Virus record (IMG/VR): IMGVR_UViG_3300029183_000006
Location: 1-50,246 of that record
Strand: one strand, 5' to 3'
Source: a virus
Taxonomy: Duplodnaviria > Caudoviricetes
DNA: 50,246 bases
Shown here in pieces: positions 9,020-19,538 of the stretch (position 1 is its first letter; every line of letters starts with the position of its first letter). The notes below the pieces were generated by a model that ran no database searches, had not been told where the DNA came from, and saw only the letters and a list, made by a program, of their open reading frames with translations. The translations under genes were made by a program, and so were the position numbers.

Positions 9020-10071
9020 TGCCTGACCAGTTCTCCATGCGAACCGGCCCGAAAGAACATCAGCCCTATGATCCACCATTGACTCGTGATCAGGTTATGG
9101 TCGGTGCTGAAATGGCGGCTGGTTTCCTGCCCGGTATTGGTGATGCCTTATCGGTTAAGGATGCTTATCTGGCGGGGCGAGGAGCGCTTTCGGAGTTTGG
9201 CGCTGGCAATTACGGGCGCGGCGCGTTGTCGGCTGGGGAAGCTGGATTAGGTGCGTTGGGTGTTTTGCCGTTCATTCCTAATCTTGCGGGGGTTATTAAG
9301 GCTTATCATGGTTCGCCGCATCGATTTGATAAATTTTCAATGGATAAGATTGGAACAGGAGAAGGCGCGCAGGCTTATGGTCATGGTCTTTACTATTCCG
9401 AGAGTCCTGATGTGGCTCGTGAGTATCAAGCACAGTTAGCCGATCGCCCTGACGTACTGGTTGCAGGCAAGCCCGTTTCGTTTACTGCCAGCACTCCAGA
9501 TTCAACAGTGGCCGCAAAACTAAGCGGTGCAATGCAAAAGCAAGACGTCGGCCCAGCTCTTCGGCAAGTTTATAGTGAACTAGATCGTGGTATGGATGCT
9601 GCTATTGGGCGTGATGATTTTGATACATGGGCTGTTCTTAACGATCAAAAATCATCACTGCAGCACATGGAGGAGCAAGGTATTGGGCGAATGCAAAAAG
9701 GCTCTTTCTACGAAGTTACCCTCCAGCTCGATCACGAAGATCTGCTTGATTGGGATGCGCCGCTTAGCGAGCAGAGTCCGGAGGTGCGTGCGTCGATCGG
9801 CAATATAGCTTCAAAGCTTTCTCCAGAGGCTGTTGAAGACCTCGGCGGCGATGTTTCTTTGTTAAGCAATGCATCATCAGGATCAGAACTATATGATACT
9901 TTGATGTCTCTCAGCGGGATTGGCGGCCCCGCTCAAGCGAGCAAAGCGCTTAAAGCCGCAGGTGTGCCGGGGCTTAAATATTTTGACAGCGTGTCTCGCA
10001 ATGCCAAAGACGGCACACGCAACATTGTGCTGTTCGATGACAACCTCGTCAGCATTGATCGGGTGGAATAG
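9016..10071 (+). CDS. ADP-ribosyltransferase-like (ART-PolyVal type) protein with hydrophobic Gly-rich N-terminal region
   Basis: AYHGSPH.FDKF...KIGTGEGAQAYG.GLY, LDWD.PLSEQ, AS..L...G.PG.KY.D..SR...GT.N.V.FDD. Confidence 0.7.
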   Translation: MMPDQFSMRTGPKEHQPYDPPLTRDQVMVGAEMAAGFLPGIGDALSVKDAYLAGRGALSEFGAGNYGRGALSAGEAGLGALGVLPFIPNLAGVIKAYHGSPHRFDKFSMDKIGTGEGAQAYGHGLYYSESPDVAREYQAQLADRPDVLVAGKPVSFTASTPDSTVAAKLSGAMQKQDVGPALRQVYSELDRGMDAAIGRDDFDTWAVLNDQKSSLQHMEEQGIGRMQKGSFYEVTLQLDHEDLLDWDAPLSEQSPEVRASIGNIASKLSPEAVEDLGGDVSLLSNASSGSELYDTLMSLSGIGGPAQASKALKAAGVPGLKYFDSVSRNAKDGTRNIVLFDDNLVSIDRVE

Positions 10072-10073
10072 CT

Positions 10074-10412
10074 ATGCCCGGTGGATATCCCATCGCTCCT
10101 GAAGATCATCCGAACAACATCAAGCATCGGCGTGAGATCGCCCGCACGGCACGGTCCGCGATGCTCGGCCATGTGAATTGTGTGGTGGATCTCTCTCTGG
10201 ATGTCAGCCCGGCAACGTCGACCACGTTAACCAATGCCGAGATTCATCCTGGATCCGGGTTTTTCATTCATCCGTTGGATGTAACGGCGGTCACTGACTA
10301 CCACGCAGGCAATATATCGATCCTCGGAAGCAATGTCGGGGATGGAACGGCGACTGTTTCGCACAGCGCCAATGCGAGCGCGCGATCTATTCGTGTCGCT
10401 ATTTTCGGTTAA
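10074..10412 (+). CDS. putative tail/virion protein
   Basis: Position in the tail module; beta-rich C-terminus. Confidence 0.55.
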   Translation: MPGGYPIAPEDHPNNIKHRREIARTARSAMLGHVNCVVDLSLDVSPATSTTLTNAEIHPGSGFFIHPLDVTAVTDYHAGNISILGSNVGDGTATVSHSANASARSIRVAIFG

Positions 10413-10432
10413 CCGCGAAAGGAGTTTTCGCA

Positions 10433-10621
10433 ATGCAGACCAAGAATGCCAAAGGGACTTTCTCGAAACAGGAAACTGGCGGCAAGAACCAAGAACGCGA
10501 GTCTTATGGCGACGTGCCCTACAAGAACGAATCTTGTCAGGAATGGCCTTCTTATTCGGGCATGCCAAAGCGCATCGGTAACGGTGGCGGCAAGTCTGGC
10601 GGTTCCAAGAAGGACTACTGA
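10433..10621 (+). CDS. small Lys/Gly-rich protein
   Basis: Strong AAAGGAG RBS; fills the gap between neighbours. Confidence 0.55.
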   Translation: MQTKNAKGTFSKQETGGKNQERESYGDVPYKNESCQEWPSYSGMPKRIGNGGGKSGGSKKDY

Positions 10622-10623
10622 GC

Positions 10624-11109
10624 ATGACGGCGGTCGAAACAGCGATCGCTGAACAGGCGAACAATGCGCCCGACGTGACGCCGGAGCTATCCGTGACTGG
10701 TGTTGTGCCGGGCGCTGTTGCCGCGATATGGCCGCATGTTTTGCCGATGATCGAAACGGCACGTGAAGCCATGCCTGACATGGTGTCGGAACGTGAATGG
10801 CCAGAGGATATCAAACAGCGTGCTGAAGAAGGCAGGTATCAGATTTTTCTGATTTATGAGGGCGCTGATTTGGCAGCAATCGCCGTGACCAGTATTGAAG
10901 CGTATGCGCGAGTCAAGTGCTGCACGATCAATTACATGGCCGGTCGCGATCTATCCGAATGGATTGAGGTGTGGGCAAAAGAAATCAAACAATGGGCTGT
11001 CAATGCTGGCTGTACGCAGATTGAAGCGCGCGGCCGTTGGGGTTGGGGCAAGAAACTAAAGCCGCTTGGTGGTGAAATTGCCGGTGCTGCTTACGTGATG
11101 GAGCTTTAG
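10624..11109 (+). CDS. GNAT-fold virion assembly protein (P22 gp14-like position)
   Basis: WA...GC..IEARGR.GW.K.L motif; precedes the ejection genes. Confidence 0.65.
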   Translation: MTAVETAIAEQANNAPDVTPELSVTGVVPGAVAAIWPHVLPMIETAREAMPDMVSEREWPEDIKQRAEEGRYQIFLIYEGADLAAIAVTSIEAYARVKCCTINYMAGRDLSEWIEVWAKEIKQWAVNAGCTQIEARGRWGWGKKLKPLGGEIAGAAYVMEL

Positions 11110-11111
11110 GT

Positions 11112-12176
11112 ATGGGTAGCGGCGCGTCTGACAATTCCAACCAGCCATGGCATGGTCAGGTTGAGCCATTGGACATGCTGTATGATCGCGCCATGGACAA
11201 TGTCGCGAACCAGCCGACACCGTATCAGTATGGTGAGCGGCCTCTGTCACAAAGAGCTAATACACTTCAAAACACGACAGGTATTGATGCATATAATCGA
11301 GAACAACTCGACACTCTTGATCTCGATCCTAAAGCGCTACAGGCAGGCCTCCAAACGGGCGGCAGCTACATACCATTCTCACCTGTGGAGATGGAAGCGC
11401 AAAACCGTGCTGTGGACTTGGCGCGTTCGGGGATCGACCCGAGCTTAGCTGAAGCAAGATCGGGATTATCAAACAACGCAGGGCTTGGATATCTCGATGA
11501 GAGTGCTTCCGGTCAGTATTTGACGGCAGATACGAATCCTTACCTTGCGGATGCGGTGCGAGCTGCGCAAGACCCGCTGATCGAACGCTTTCAAGCGGAA
11601 ATCTTGCCGGGCGTAACCGGACAATTCGGCGCTGCCGGCCGGTTTGGATCTGGGGCTCATCAATATGCGGTCAATCAGGCAACCGATGATTTCACCAAAA
11701 ATCTAGCCGATGCTGCGACACAGGCCTATGCCGCGAATTACATGCAAGAGCGTGCCAATCAGCTGTCGGCGCAGCAAGGTTTGGCTGAGGGAATACAGCG
11801 GAATGTGGCTCTATCTCCAGGCATTGCTGATGCTATTCGTCAGCAAGAGATATCAAATCTTGGGTTGCTTGAAGGCGTTGGTGGCGCACAGTCCGGTAAA
11901 ATTGAAGATCTGCTTTCCAGTCAAGAAAATCTTTACAATATGCGCGCCAATGATGAGCGCGAACGGCTTAAGGAATATGCGTCTTTAATTCAGGGCACAC
12001 CGATTCTCCCTGGAGGCCAGGCCCCTCAAAAGAACAAGTCAGCCGGTGCCCTTGGCGGCGCGGCTTCAGGCGCCGCAACTGGTGCGATGCTTGGCTCATA
12101 TTGGCCTGGATACGGCACAGCAATCGGTGCTGTGGCCGGTGGGTTGGTTGGCGGCCTTGGTGGTTACTATGCGTAA
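11112..12176 (+). CDS. DNA ejection / internal virion protein
   Basis: NPYL, AGRFGSGA motifs, Q/A-rich, C-terminal glycine zipper. Confidence 0.7.
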   Translation: MGSGASDNSNQPWHGQVEPLDMLYDRAMDNVANQPTPYQYGERPLSQRANTLQNTTGIDAYNREQLDTLDLDPKALQAGLQTGGSYIPFSPVEMEAQNRAVDLARSGIDPSLAEARSGLSNNAGLGYLDESASGQYLTADTNPYLADAVRAAQDPLIERFQAEILPGVTGQFGAAGRFGSGAHQYAVNQATDDFTKNLADAATQAYAANYMQERANQLSAQQGLAEGIQRNVALSPGIADAIRQQEISNLGLLEGVGGAQSGKIEDLLSSQENLYNMRANDERERLKEYASLIQGTPILPGGQAPQKNKSAGALGGAASGAATGAMLGSYWPGYGTAIGAVAGGLVGGLGGYYA

Positions 12177-12185
12177 GGAGCAAAA

Positions 12186-12644
12186 ATGATGATGGGTCCA
12201 ATGATGCCGATGGGCGCGCCTGCCGGTCAACAAAAGCAAGGGATGGGACCGACAGCGCCTGCTGCGCCGATGGTCACTCCGATAGCGGGACCGCAACCAG
12301 TTGCTGGACCGGTTGCTCCTGGCCATGAACAAGATCCTCGTTGGCTCCAAATGCTTCAATCTCCCGGCATGATGGGATTGCTTGGCGCTGGCACATCGAT
12401 GCTAGGGGCATCTGGACGCCCTGGCGGACTTGGCGAAGCTCTTGGTGCTGGCGTGCAAGGTGGTCTTGGCGGTGTTTTTGCAGCCAAGCAAGCCCAAAAA
12501 GAAGAAGAGCGTGATCGGATGTTGATGGACATTCTTGGTCGTCAAGGCGCGATTGGTGGCATGGGCGCTCTACAACCGCGCACTGAACGTCCGATTTCTC
12601 CGGCGACGCAGCAACAACCTGCCGGCCTCTACGGGGCGTATTAG
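12186..12644 (+). CDS. Gly/Pro/Met-rich internal virion protein
   Basis: AAGGAG RBS; glycine-zipper segment; ejection module. Confidence 0.6.
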   Translation: MMMGPMMPMGAPAGQQKQGMGPTAPAAPMVTPIAGPQPVAGPVAPGHEQDPRWLQMLQSPGMMGLLGAGTSMLGASGRPGGLGEALGAGVQGGLGGVFAAKQAQKEEERDRMLMDILGRQGAIGGMGALQPRTERPISPATQQQPAGLYGAY

Positions 12645-12648
12645 TGCC

Positions 12649-13932
12649 ATGAATGACGCCTGGACTGCTGCATTGCTTTATGGAGGCCTTGGTGCGCTCA
12701 ATGCCGCGAATCGCGGTGACAGCACGGCGTCGGCCTTGAGTCAGGGCGGTCTTGGTGCATTGACTGGCATGCAAGCGGTTCGGGAAGCGGGACGTGCGGA
12801 TCGCGAGCATATGATTCGCATGGCGCAGCTGCAATCCAGTTTGCAGGACGCTGCAGCGGAACGTCAACGATATGCCGATGAGATGGCGGCGGCTCAACAG
12901 CGTCAAGATATGATTCAGGGCTATGCTGGGCAAATCCAAGATCCCGCAAAACGAACGGAGTTTTTGCTTAATCCTGGTGGATATCTGGAAGCCGAGCGTA
13001 AGGCGAATGCGCCGATGTCGGCGTATCAGAAAGCGCAGATTGATCTGAAAAAACAAGATTGGGCATCGAAAGAAAAGAAAGACACTCTCGACCAGCGGCG
13101 TAATGCGGAGCGTCAGGGCCATTTTGAGGCGATCGCGGCTGGGCTGCCTGAGGAACAGCGTCCCTATTTTTGGGCCAACCCCGGTGGATTTATTCAACAA
13201 CAGCAAAAAGCTCAGAATGATGAGTTTTCGACTGAAGTTGCCCGGATACTCGCAGCTAACCCTGAGCTGGCTCAGTCCCCTGAAGGAATTCATCAAGCGC
13301 AGAATATTGCTCTTGGTCTAGTGAAGTCAGCTACTGATCCGGTTCGGGGCGGCACAGCGACTTATAATCTTGCTACTGGTGTTGGCTCGCCGATTGATAC
13401 GCCTAGACCTGATCTTGAGCCGTTCGGCGCTGATGGGCGCCCTATCAGCATTGATCAAATGGCAGGCGAGGTTGGCGTTATTCCTTTTGCTGAGGATGTT
13501 ATTGCGAGGACTATTGGTCAGGCGGCACCTAGTCTAGTTAATGAAGCAAGAACCAAAGCCGCTAGCCAGCTTGATTTTCTAAAACAAAAAGCGGTAACGG
13601 CATTTGCCACTAGCTCACGTCCTCCGGTAATCGAGCAGCAACGAATTGCAAGCTTGTTTCCATCTAAAGGTATTTTCGATTCCGAGACACGAGCATCACA
13701 GCAACTTGGGCATCTTCGCGATTTAGCGGTCACTACGCATGATGATTACATCGGCATGATCAATTCTGGTCAATTGCCTTTTGATCAGGAAAATGAACTT
13801 CGCGGCAAGGTGGCTGAACTTCGCCAAGTCGTGAATATGCTTCCCGAGCAAAAAGTATCTGAAATCACCTTGCCGATACCATCATTGCCAAACCAGACTA
13901 TGGGCGATGACCCGCTGGGTCTGTTTGACTAA
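12649..13932 (+). CDS. DNA ejection protein
   Basis: ATG at 12649; helical Q/A-rich; ends DPLGLF. Confidence 0.65.
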   Translation: MNDAWTAALLYGGLGALNAANRGDSTASALSQGGLGALTGMQAVREAGRADREHMIRMAQLQSSLQDAAAERQRYADEMAAAQQRQDMIQGYAGQIQDPAKRTEFLLNPGGYLEAERKANAPMSAYQKAQIDLKKQDWASKEKKDTLDQRRNAERQGHFEAIAAGLPEEQRPYFWANPGGFIQQQQKAQNDEFSTEVARILAANPELAQSPEGIHQAQNIALGLVKSATDPVRGGTATYNLATGVGSPIDTPRPDLEPFGADGRPISIDQMAGEVGVIPFAEDVIARTIGQAAPSLVNEARTKAASQLDFLKQKAVTAFATSSRPPVIEQQRIASLFPSKGIFDSETRASQQLGHLRDLAVTTHDDYIGMINSGQLPFDQENELRGKVAELRQVVNMLPEQKVSEITLPIPSLPNQTMGDDPLGLFD

Positions 13933-16900
13933 TGACATCGATGTTGGAAAGTTTCCGCCAACAGCACCCGGCTTATAAGGACGTGCCGGACGGGCAACTA
14001 GCTGACGTACTGTATAAGAAATTCTATGCCGACAAGATAGGTCGTGACGAGTTCAATCAAAAAATTGGGCTTGGCGAGGATGGAATCACGGGGCCTGTCT
14101 CTGCACTTAAGAATATTGGCCAAGGTTTCAATCGTGGGCTAGGTACTGTTGCCGGCGCTGTTGATTATGCGCTGCTTGGTTTTCTCGATGATACTCATGA
14201 AGGCCGATCAAAAAGGCCGTTAGGTTACGTTTCAAATTTGCTTCGCGGTGAGCAGGACATTCCTGGTACCGATGGGAAGCGTTTTGCTTACGAGCCAACG
14301 ACATCTGGCGAACGGCTGCTTCAGCGGGGCGGTGAGGTTTTGGCGGAGAGCCTCGGACCTGCGGCTGTTGTTGCTGCTCCCGCTAGAATGCTTGGATCGG
14401 CGGCGCGCCCGGCAAGCAATGCTGTTGAACAAGGATTGTTTAATTTATCTCGCGCCCAGGCGGGCATGGTGGCGCCGGAGGCTTCAACGCTTTCCAAAAT
14501 GGCCGATCGTGGGGCAACGGCGGCAACCAAGAAGGTTCTTGGCAATACTGTCGGTGGTGCAGTTTCACGTGGAACAGGTGCTGTCCGGAATGCGCTTCGT
14601 GAAGGCAAACAAGCTGTTTTGTTGGGCGGCGAAACGGCGGGCGCGATTGGCTCTGGTATTGGGGAGGAGATCGGGCGAGAGGCGACACCTGATAGCATGG
14701 TTGGTCCGGTGCTTGGCGGCCTTGCAGGCGGTCTTGCGCCATCCATGGCAGCAATGCCGCTTGTTAAAAATGCCGCCAATAAAACAGCAGGGTTCGCTGA
14801 TAGCATTCTATCGCAAAAAGCGTCCGCTGGGCGAGCTCGTGATTTTGTCGCAAGGCATCTTGGTCCACATTTGGGGACGGATGCGGCTCAAGCAAGAATG
14901 CGGCGGGCTTCCGAGCTTAGGCGCGAGGTCGAAGGGTTTAATCCTGATCTTGCAGCTGCAACAGGATCGGAAGCGCTGAACGAGACCAAGGCGGCAATTG
15001 TCAAAAAAGCTAGCGGCGATGATTTAGAGACGCTTCGGGCGTTTGATGCCGCCAATGAAAAAGCGCTTCGTGATTATGCGGCTCGCAATGCACCTGAAGG
15101 TGTTGGTGGCTCTGATGCGGCAATTGATCCTCTTGTAAGGGAACGGGAGGCAGCGGCACAGCAAGTTCGGGATCTGGAAGCGGAAAAATCTCAGCTTCCT
15201 GCTATTCGTCGGGATAATGCATTTGATTTGCGTGAACGCACGCAGGATCGATTACAGGGCCTTTCCGAACGTGAGCGCGCATTGCCGACATCACGTGATA
15301 TTGCCGATACGGAAAGACGTGCTCTTGAAGATTTGACGGCACGTACCAATGGCGCTCGGGCCGATATTGCTGGTGGCATTCGCCGTGTGGACCGCGCGGC
15401 GGAAGGCGGCAAGATTCGGGATAGCATCAAGGCGGAACGTGCGGCGCGCAAGGCTGAAATCGACGAGATGGCACAAAATCTCGGCATTGACGGCCTTCAA
15501 CTGACAACGCCGTTTCGTGCATTTGCTAGATCCATTGATGAATGGCGAGGCGGTCTGCTCCCCAGTCAATTAAAGCATATGCCTGATGTTTTTGAAGACA
15601 TTCAGGCACTTCGCGGCAACTCATCTATTACTTTTTCTGATGTTAAGCCAGTTCGTGAGAATATGGCGCGGGAAATTAGAGAAGCTTATCGCGATACATC
15701 TCCTGGTAGCCTCGTTCGATTGGCAAATGCTAACGAGATGCTTCGTCGTTTTGATGAACAAATTCTTGGTCTTAATAATCTTGAATCTGGTTTTCCGAAT
15801 GCGGCACCATTCATTGAAAAGGCATCTCACTATACACAAAGTCCGGATTTCGAAAATATTTTAAACGCTGCTCGCATGGCGCGAGGTGGAAAGAAGCCGT
15901 TTGAATCACTGACTGATTTTTTAGTGAAGCGTGGTGGCATTAAAGAGCAATCGGGTGAACTTGGAGTCAGGGATATTGGCGCTCGGTCTCGTCCGGGCTT
16001 GTACCGCAAGTCGGGCGGAATGAAACACGATGAGGCGGCTTTGACTGCTTGGGAAGCGGGGTATTTTCCTGGACGGGCATCTCGTCCAATGCCTGATGAT
16101 TTGCTGAATGCGCTCGAAGACGATCTAAACGGGAATTATCGTTTTCGTGAACAAGACATGGATGCGGCTGAGGCACTTAAGGCGCAATCCGATGTCGCTG
16201 ATGATATGGCTAACATTTTAGATGATCTTGATGTAAATTGGCGAACGGCGTCTCCTGATGAAATCAAAGCTCGTATCGAAGAAATGGGACAAGAGCCGAT
16301 CGATCGGAGCGTTGCAGCGGATAACTGGCGAGATTTCAGACGGGCCTATTTTGAAAAAATCATTGAACCTTTCGAGCGCGGCCAAGTCAAAAAAACGTCG
16401 TCAAAAGACGGGACAGGGTTTTATCGAACACTCGATGAAGACGTCGCCCTTGGATTCCTCGACAGTGCCGATGCCGCGGAACAGATCGGGCGCATTGCCG
16501 CTACACGGCCCGAACTCATGGCTTCGCTGGAAGCGGTGGCTTTGGATGATCTGGCAGCTAAGGCGGTTGCTAACGGCGTAATTAATCCGCGTTCATTGGA
16601 GCGCTGGGCGGAAAGCAGACGTGGCGCTCTCCAGCATCTTCCTGGACTTCGGAAGACCGTCAATGATTTGGTTGCCAGGGTTGGTGATGTTGAGGGGCGC
16701 TTTTCACGCGGCAAGCAGATTATTCGTGATCGGAAGCTTGGCGAACAGAAGCGCCTCGCCGATGAGCGGGCTGCAATAAGCCGTGAGCGCCAAGCTATCA
16801 GGCAAGAAACGACCGATGATCTGCGGCGTCTGACAAAACAGACTGATGACGAAAAAGCTCGTATTGAAGGCGCCATGGATCCGCTTTTGGAGCGGATGGG

Positions 16901-18086
16901 CGTTCATAACGAACGCAAGATGCGGGCTGAGGATACACAGCTTGCAAGGCGTCTCGGGGCGATATCAGGCGGATCAGCAACGCGTGCTGGTGTGATTGAT
17001 GAGGCGCTTAAGAAGCCTGATCTTATGCGCCAGCTTTGGAAGTCAACAGAAAAGTACCCTGATGCGCGCAAGGCATTGCAGCGTCATCTTTGGGATGACC
17101 TGACTGTTCTTGATGGTGCCAAGTTACGTGAATTTCTCGATGGCAATCGACAAAGCTTAAGCATGGTGTTTTCACCAAAGCATCTAAGCAGGTTGGAAAC
17201 ATTAGCTGACGGTCTGGAGATGGTTGAATTCTCCAGGGTAACCGGGAAAGCGCAGCCAATTGCTTATGATCTTGTTGATGTTATGAAGCGAACCACGGGG
17301 CTCAATCCTTCGGCGATGGCGGGGAGTTATACCGGCATTTCGCGTGGTCGATCGAGTAAAAGAGTTGAGACTTTTGTCAATTTCTATCGTTGGCTTAATG
17401 AGCGAAATAGTCAGGGCGTCGAAAAGCTCATGCGGACAGCGCTGTATGAGCCAGATGTTGCCGAGAGTTTGATCGAATCGGCGAGCTTGAAAGCGCCGCA
17501 ATCCGGTATGAGCGGGATTGAGAAATTTGCTACTAAGCGGTTGCGTGGATGGTTGTGGCGTCTTGGCATCACAGCACCGCTTGAAGGTGAAGATGAAGCG
17601 CCTATCGAAATCAATCTTTCTGATCCTGAACAGGTCAGTCGCGCATGGTCGTCGGTTGGCAACAATCAAACAGCGCGTCGCTCTATTCGTCAGCAGGCCT
17701 GGAATGATCTTCAACAACCAACTGGCGCTGCCATCAAAGCCAAGGTTGATCAGCAAAGGAAGGCACTTCGTGCGATTTTTCCAGCTGATCATATGCGGCG
17801 GATTGGAGCGATTGCTGATGGGATGTCGATTGCTGATGGGTCCAGCTCGCCAGAAAGCATTACGAAACCTGCAATCAGGCTAGCTCAATTCAGCAAATGG
17901 CTTGCTGAGCAAAACCCAGAAGCGGCGCAAGTCGTGATGCACGAAGCGTTATCCAATCCTGATATGGCATCGACCTTGTTTGAATCTTTGACGCTTAAAT
18001 CACCAAAGCCTGGTGCTTCGACGCTGGATCAATTTGTGACGCCAAAGCTCATGCAGCATCTTGAACGTGTTGGCGCGGTACCATGA
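13932..18086 (+). CDS. large ejection/polyvalent internal virion protein (1384 aa)
   Basis: N-terminal FR.QHP.Y.D..D..LAD..Y.KFY motif, glycine zippers, coiled coils, SL..F....GGI...EAGYF domain, duplicated C-terminal domain. Confidence 0.75.
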   Translation: MTSMLESFRQQHPAYKDVPDGQLADVLYKKFYADKIGRDEFNQKIGLGEDGITGPVSALKNIGQGFNRGLGTVAGAVDYALLGFLDDTHEGRSKRPLGYVSNLLRGEQDIPGTDGKRFAYEPTTSGERLLQRGGEVLAESLGPAAVVAAPARMLGSAARPASNAVEQGLFNLSRAQAGMVAPEASTLSKMADRGATAATKKVLGNTVGGAVSRGTGAVRNALREGKQAVLLGGETAGAIGSGIGEEIGREATPDSMVGPVLGGLAGGLAPSMAAMPLVKNAANKTAGFADSILSQKASAGRARDFVARHLGPHLGTDAAQARMRRASELRREVEGFNPDLAAATGSEALNETKAAIVKKASGDDLETLRAFDAANEKALRDYAARNAPEGVGGSDAAIDPLVREREAAAQQVRDLEAEKSQLPAIRRDNAFDLRERTQDRLQGLSERERALPTSRDIADTERRALEDLTARTNGARADIAGGIRRVDRAAEGGKIRDSIKAERAARKAEIDEMAQNLGIDGLQLTTPFRAFARSIDEWRGGLLPSQLKHMPDVFEDIQALRGNSSITFSDVKPVRENMAREIREAYRDTSPGSLVRLANANEMLRRFDEQILGLNNLESGFPNAAPFIEKASHYTQSPDFENILNAARMARGGKKPFESLTDFLVKRGGIKEQSGELGVRDIGARSRPGLYRKSGGMKHDEAALTAWEAGYFPGRASRPMPDDLLNALEDDLNGNYRFREQDMDAAEALKAQSDVADDMANILDDLDVNWRTASPDEIKARIEEMGQEPIDRSVAADNWRDFRRAYFEKIIEPFERGQVKKTSSKDGTGFYRTLDEDVALGFLDSADAAEQIGRIAATRPELMASLEAVALDDLAAKAVANGVINPRSLERWAESRRGALQHLPGLRKTVNDLVARVGDVEGRFSRGKQIIRDRKLGEQKRLADERAAISRERQAIRQETTDDLRRLTKQTDDEKARIEGAMDPLLERMGVHNERKMRAEDTQLARRLGAISGGSATRAGVIDEALKKPDLMRQLWKSTEKYPDARKALQRHLWDDLTVLDGAKLREFLDGNRQSLSMVFSPKHLSRLETLADGLEMVEFSRVTGKAQPIAYDLVDVMKRTTGLNPSAMAGSYTGISRGRSSKRVETFVNFYRWLNERNSQGVEKLMRTALYEPDVAESLIESASLKAPQSGMSGIEKFATKRLRGWLWRLGITAPLEGEDEAPIEINLSDPEQVSRAWSSVGNNQTARRSIRQQAWNDLQQPTGAAIKAKVDQQRKALRAIFPADHMRRIGAIADGMSIADGSSSPESITKPAIRLAQFSKWLAEQNPEAAQVVMHEALSNPDMASTLFESLTLKSPKPGASTLDQFVTPKLMQHLERVGAVP

Positions 18087-18349
18087 GAAAATTTTCGGTA
18101 ACCGTTCCCTTCACGCCGACGTATGAAGTTGTGGCACAAGTCGAGCCATTCGATGAAACGGTGGTTGATCCGTTCGGCTTTCTTGCTTTGGAAGGATCGG
18201 CTGGGCTGTTTTTGCAAGAGGATGAAACTAGCAAGATTTTGCTCGAAGCTTCGGTGACCGCACTCACGTCGGACAGCACGATCTACACGGCGGATGACAC
18301 AACCATCACTGCCGATCAAACCTTCATCATTAATACGACGAGTAGCTGA
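18083..18349 (+). CDS. small virion adaptor protein with acidic repeat motifs
   Basis: LFLQEDETSKILLE and TSDSTIYTADDTTITADQT motifs. Confidence 0.6.
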   Translation: MRKFSVTVPFTPTYEVVAQVEPFDETVVDPFGFLALEGSAGLFLQEDETSKILLEASVTALTSDSTIYTADDTTITADQTFIINTTSS

Positions 18350-18351
18350 CT

Positions 18352-19527
18352 ATGGCCACGATCACCACTATTGATGTCGGCTCACTCGCTAATGACGGTA
18401 CGGGCGATACGTTACGCGTAGCTTGGCAGGCCACCAATACTAATTTCGGTGCGATCAATACCGATTTAGTGGCGGCCGAAGCCAATATCGTCACGCTGCA
18501 AGCTGATATGACGACGGCACAATCCGATATAACGACGTTGGATAGCGGCAAGCAACCTCTTGATGCCGATCTAACAGCGCTTGCGGCATTGGCCAGTAAT
18601 GGACTTGTGACACGGACCGGAACGGAAACATTCGGGCTTCGATCGATTGCTGGTCAGGGTGGTCAAATCAGCATTTCGAATGCTGATGGTGTTTCGGGCA
18701 ATCCGACGGTTGGACTTGCGACCACAGGCGTATCATCTGGATCTTACACGCGCGCCGATATGACGGTTGATGTTTATGGCCGCGTAACGGCGGCATCCAA
18801 TGGAACAATAGAGGTTTCCCTTGATACATCGCCGGTCTTAGGTGGTGATTTGGATGTTAGCGGTAATTCCATCACGTCGTCTTCAAGCGGAAATATCGTT
18901 ATCCAACCGGATGGTTCTGGCACGGTGACGATCTCGGCAAATTCCAATTCAATGGTCGGCGAGACCACACTTACACGAAGCAGCAATCCGCCTCTTACCG
19001 TCAATCGTCAAACGGATGACGGCAATATTGTGCTGCTTCAACAGGCTGGAGTTAGCGAAGGGTCGATTTCGGTTAGCGGAACGACGGTTAGCTATAACGG
19101 GTTTTCCGCTAGCCATCATGCCGAGTTTGAAGATGAGGCGTTGGTCGGCAGTCCTCCGCCTCGCGGAACATGGCTCGAAACCACATCAGAGCCGTATGCC
19201 ATTCCTGGCGCTGATTTCAATCATGAAGGGCTTTGCAAAGTCCGCGTTGCCCAGCCCAATTCGAAGAGTGTCGGCGGGGTTTATCTGGATGATTTTTCTG
19301 AGAGCAGCCAACGCAAAGGCATTCTCATGATGGCGGTCGGAGGGCCTTTCATGTGTCGTTTCAAAGGGCCTGCTGAGAATGGTTCTTTCGTCGAGATGAG
19401 TGATGTGCCAGGTGTTGCTTGCATGCAAGAGGATGACGCAATCACGATACGGACTTGCGGCAAGATATGGCGGGGGGATGATCAGACGGGGGAGCGGTTG
19501 GTTGCGATCGTGTTTAACTGTGGTTAG
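18352..19527 (+). CDS. tail fibre protein
   Basis: IDVG..ANDGTGDTLR.A....N.NF N-terminus; QPLDADLTALA; GSYT...VDVYGRVTAAS; DTSP.LGG.LD. Confidence 0.75.
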   Translation: MATITTIDVGSLANDGTGDTLRVAWQATNTNFGAINTDLVAAEANIVTLQADMTTAQSDITTLDSGKQPLDADLTALAALASNGLVTRTGTETFGLRSIAGQGGQISISNADGVSGNPTVGLATTGVSSGSYTRADMTVDVYGRVTAASNGTIEVSLDTSPVLGGDLDVSGNSITSSSSGNIVIQPDGSGTVTISANSNSMVGETTLTRSSNPPLTVNRQTDDGNIVLLQQAGVSEGSISVSGTTVSYNGFSASHHAEFEDEALVGSPPPRGTWLETTSEPYAIPGADFNHEGLCKVRVAQPNSKSVGGVYLDDFSESSQRKGILMMAVGGPFMCRFKGPAENGSFVEMSDVPGVACMQEDDAITIRTCGKIWRGDDQTGERLVAIVFNCG

Positions 19528-19538
19528 GAGCGCGTACC

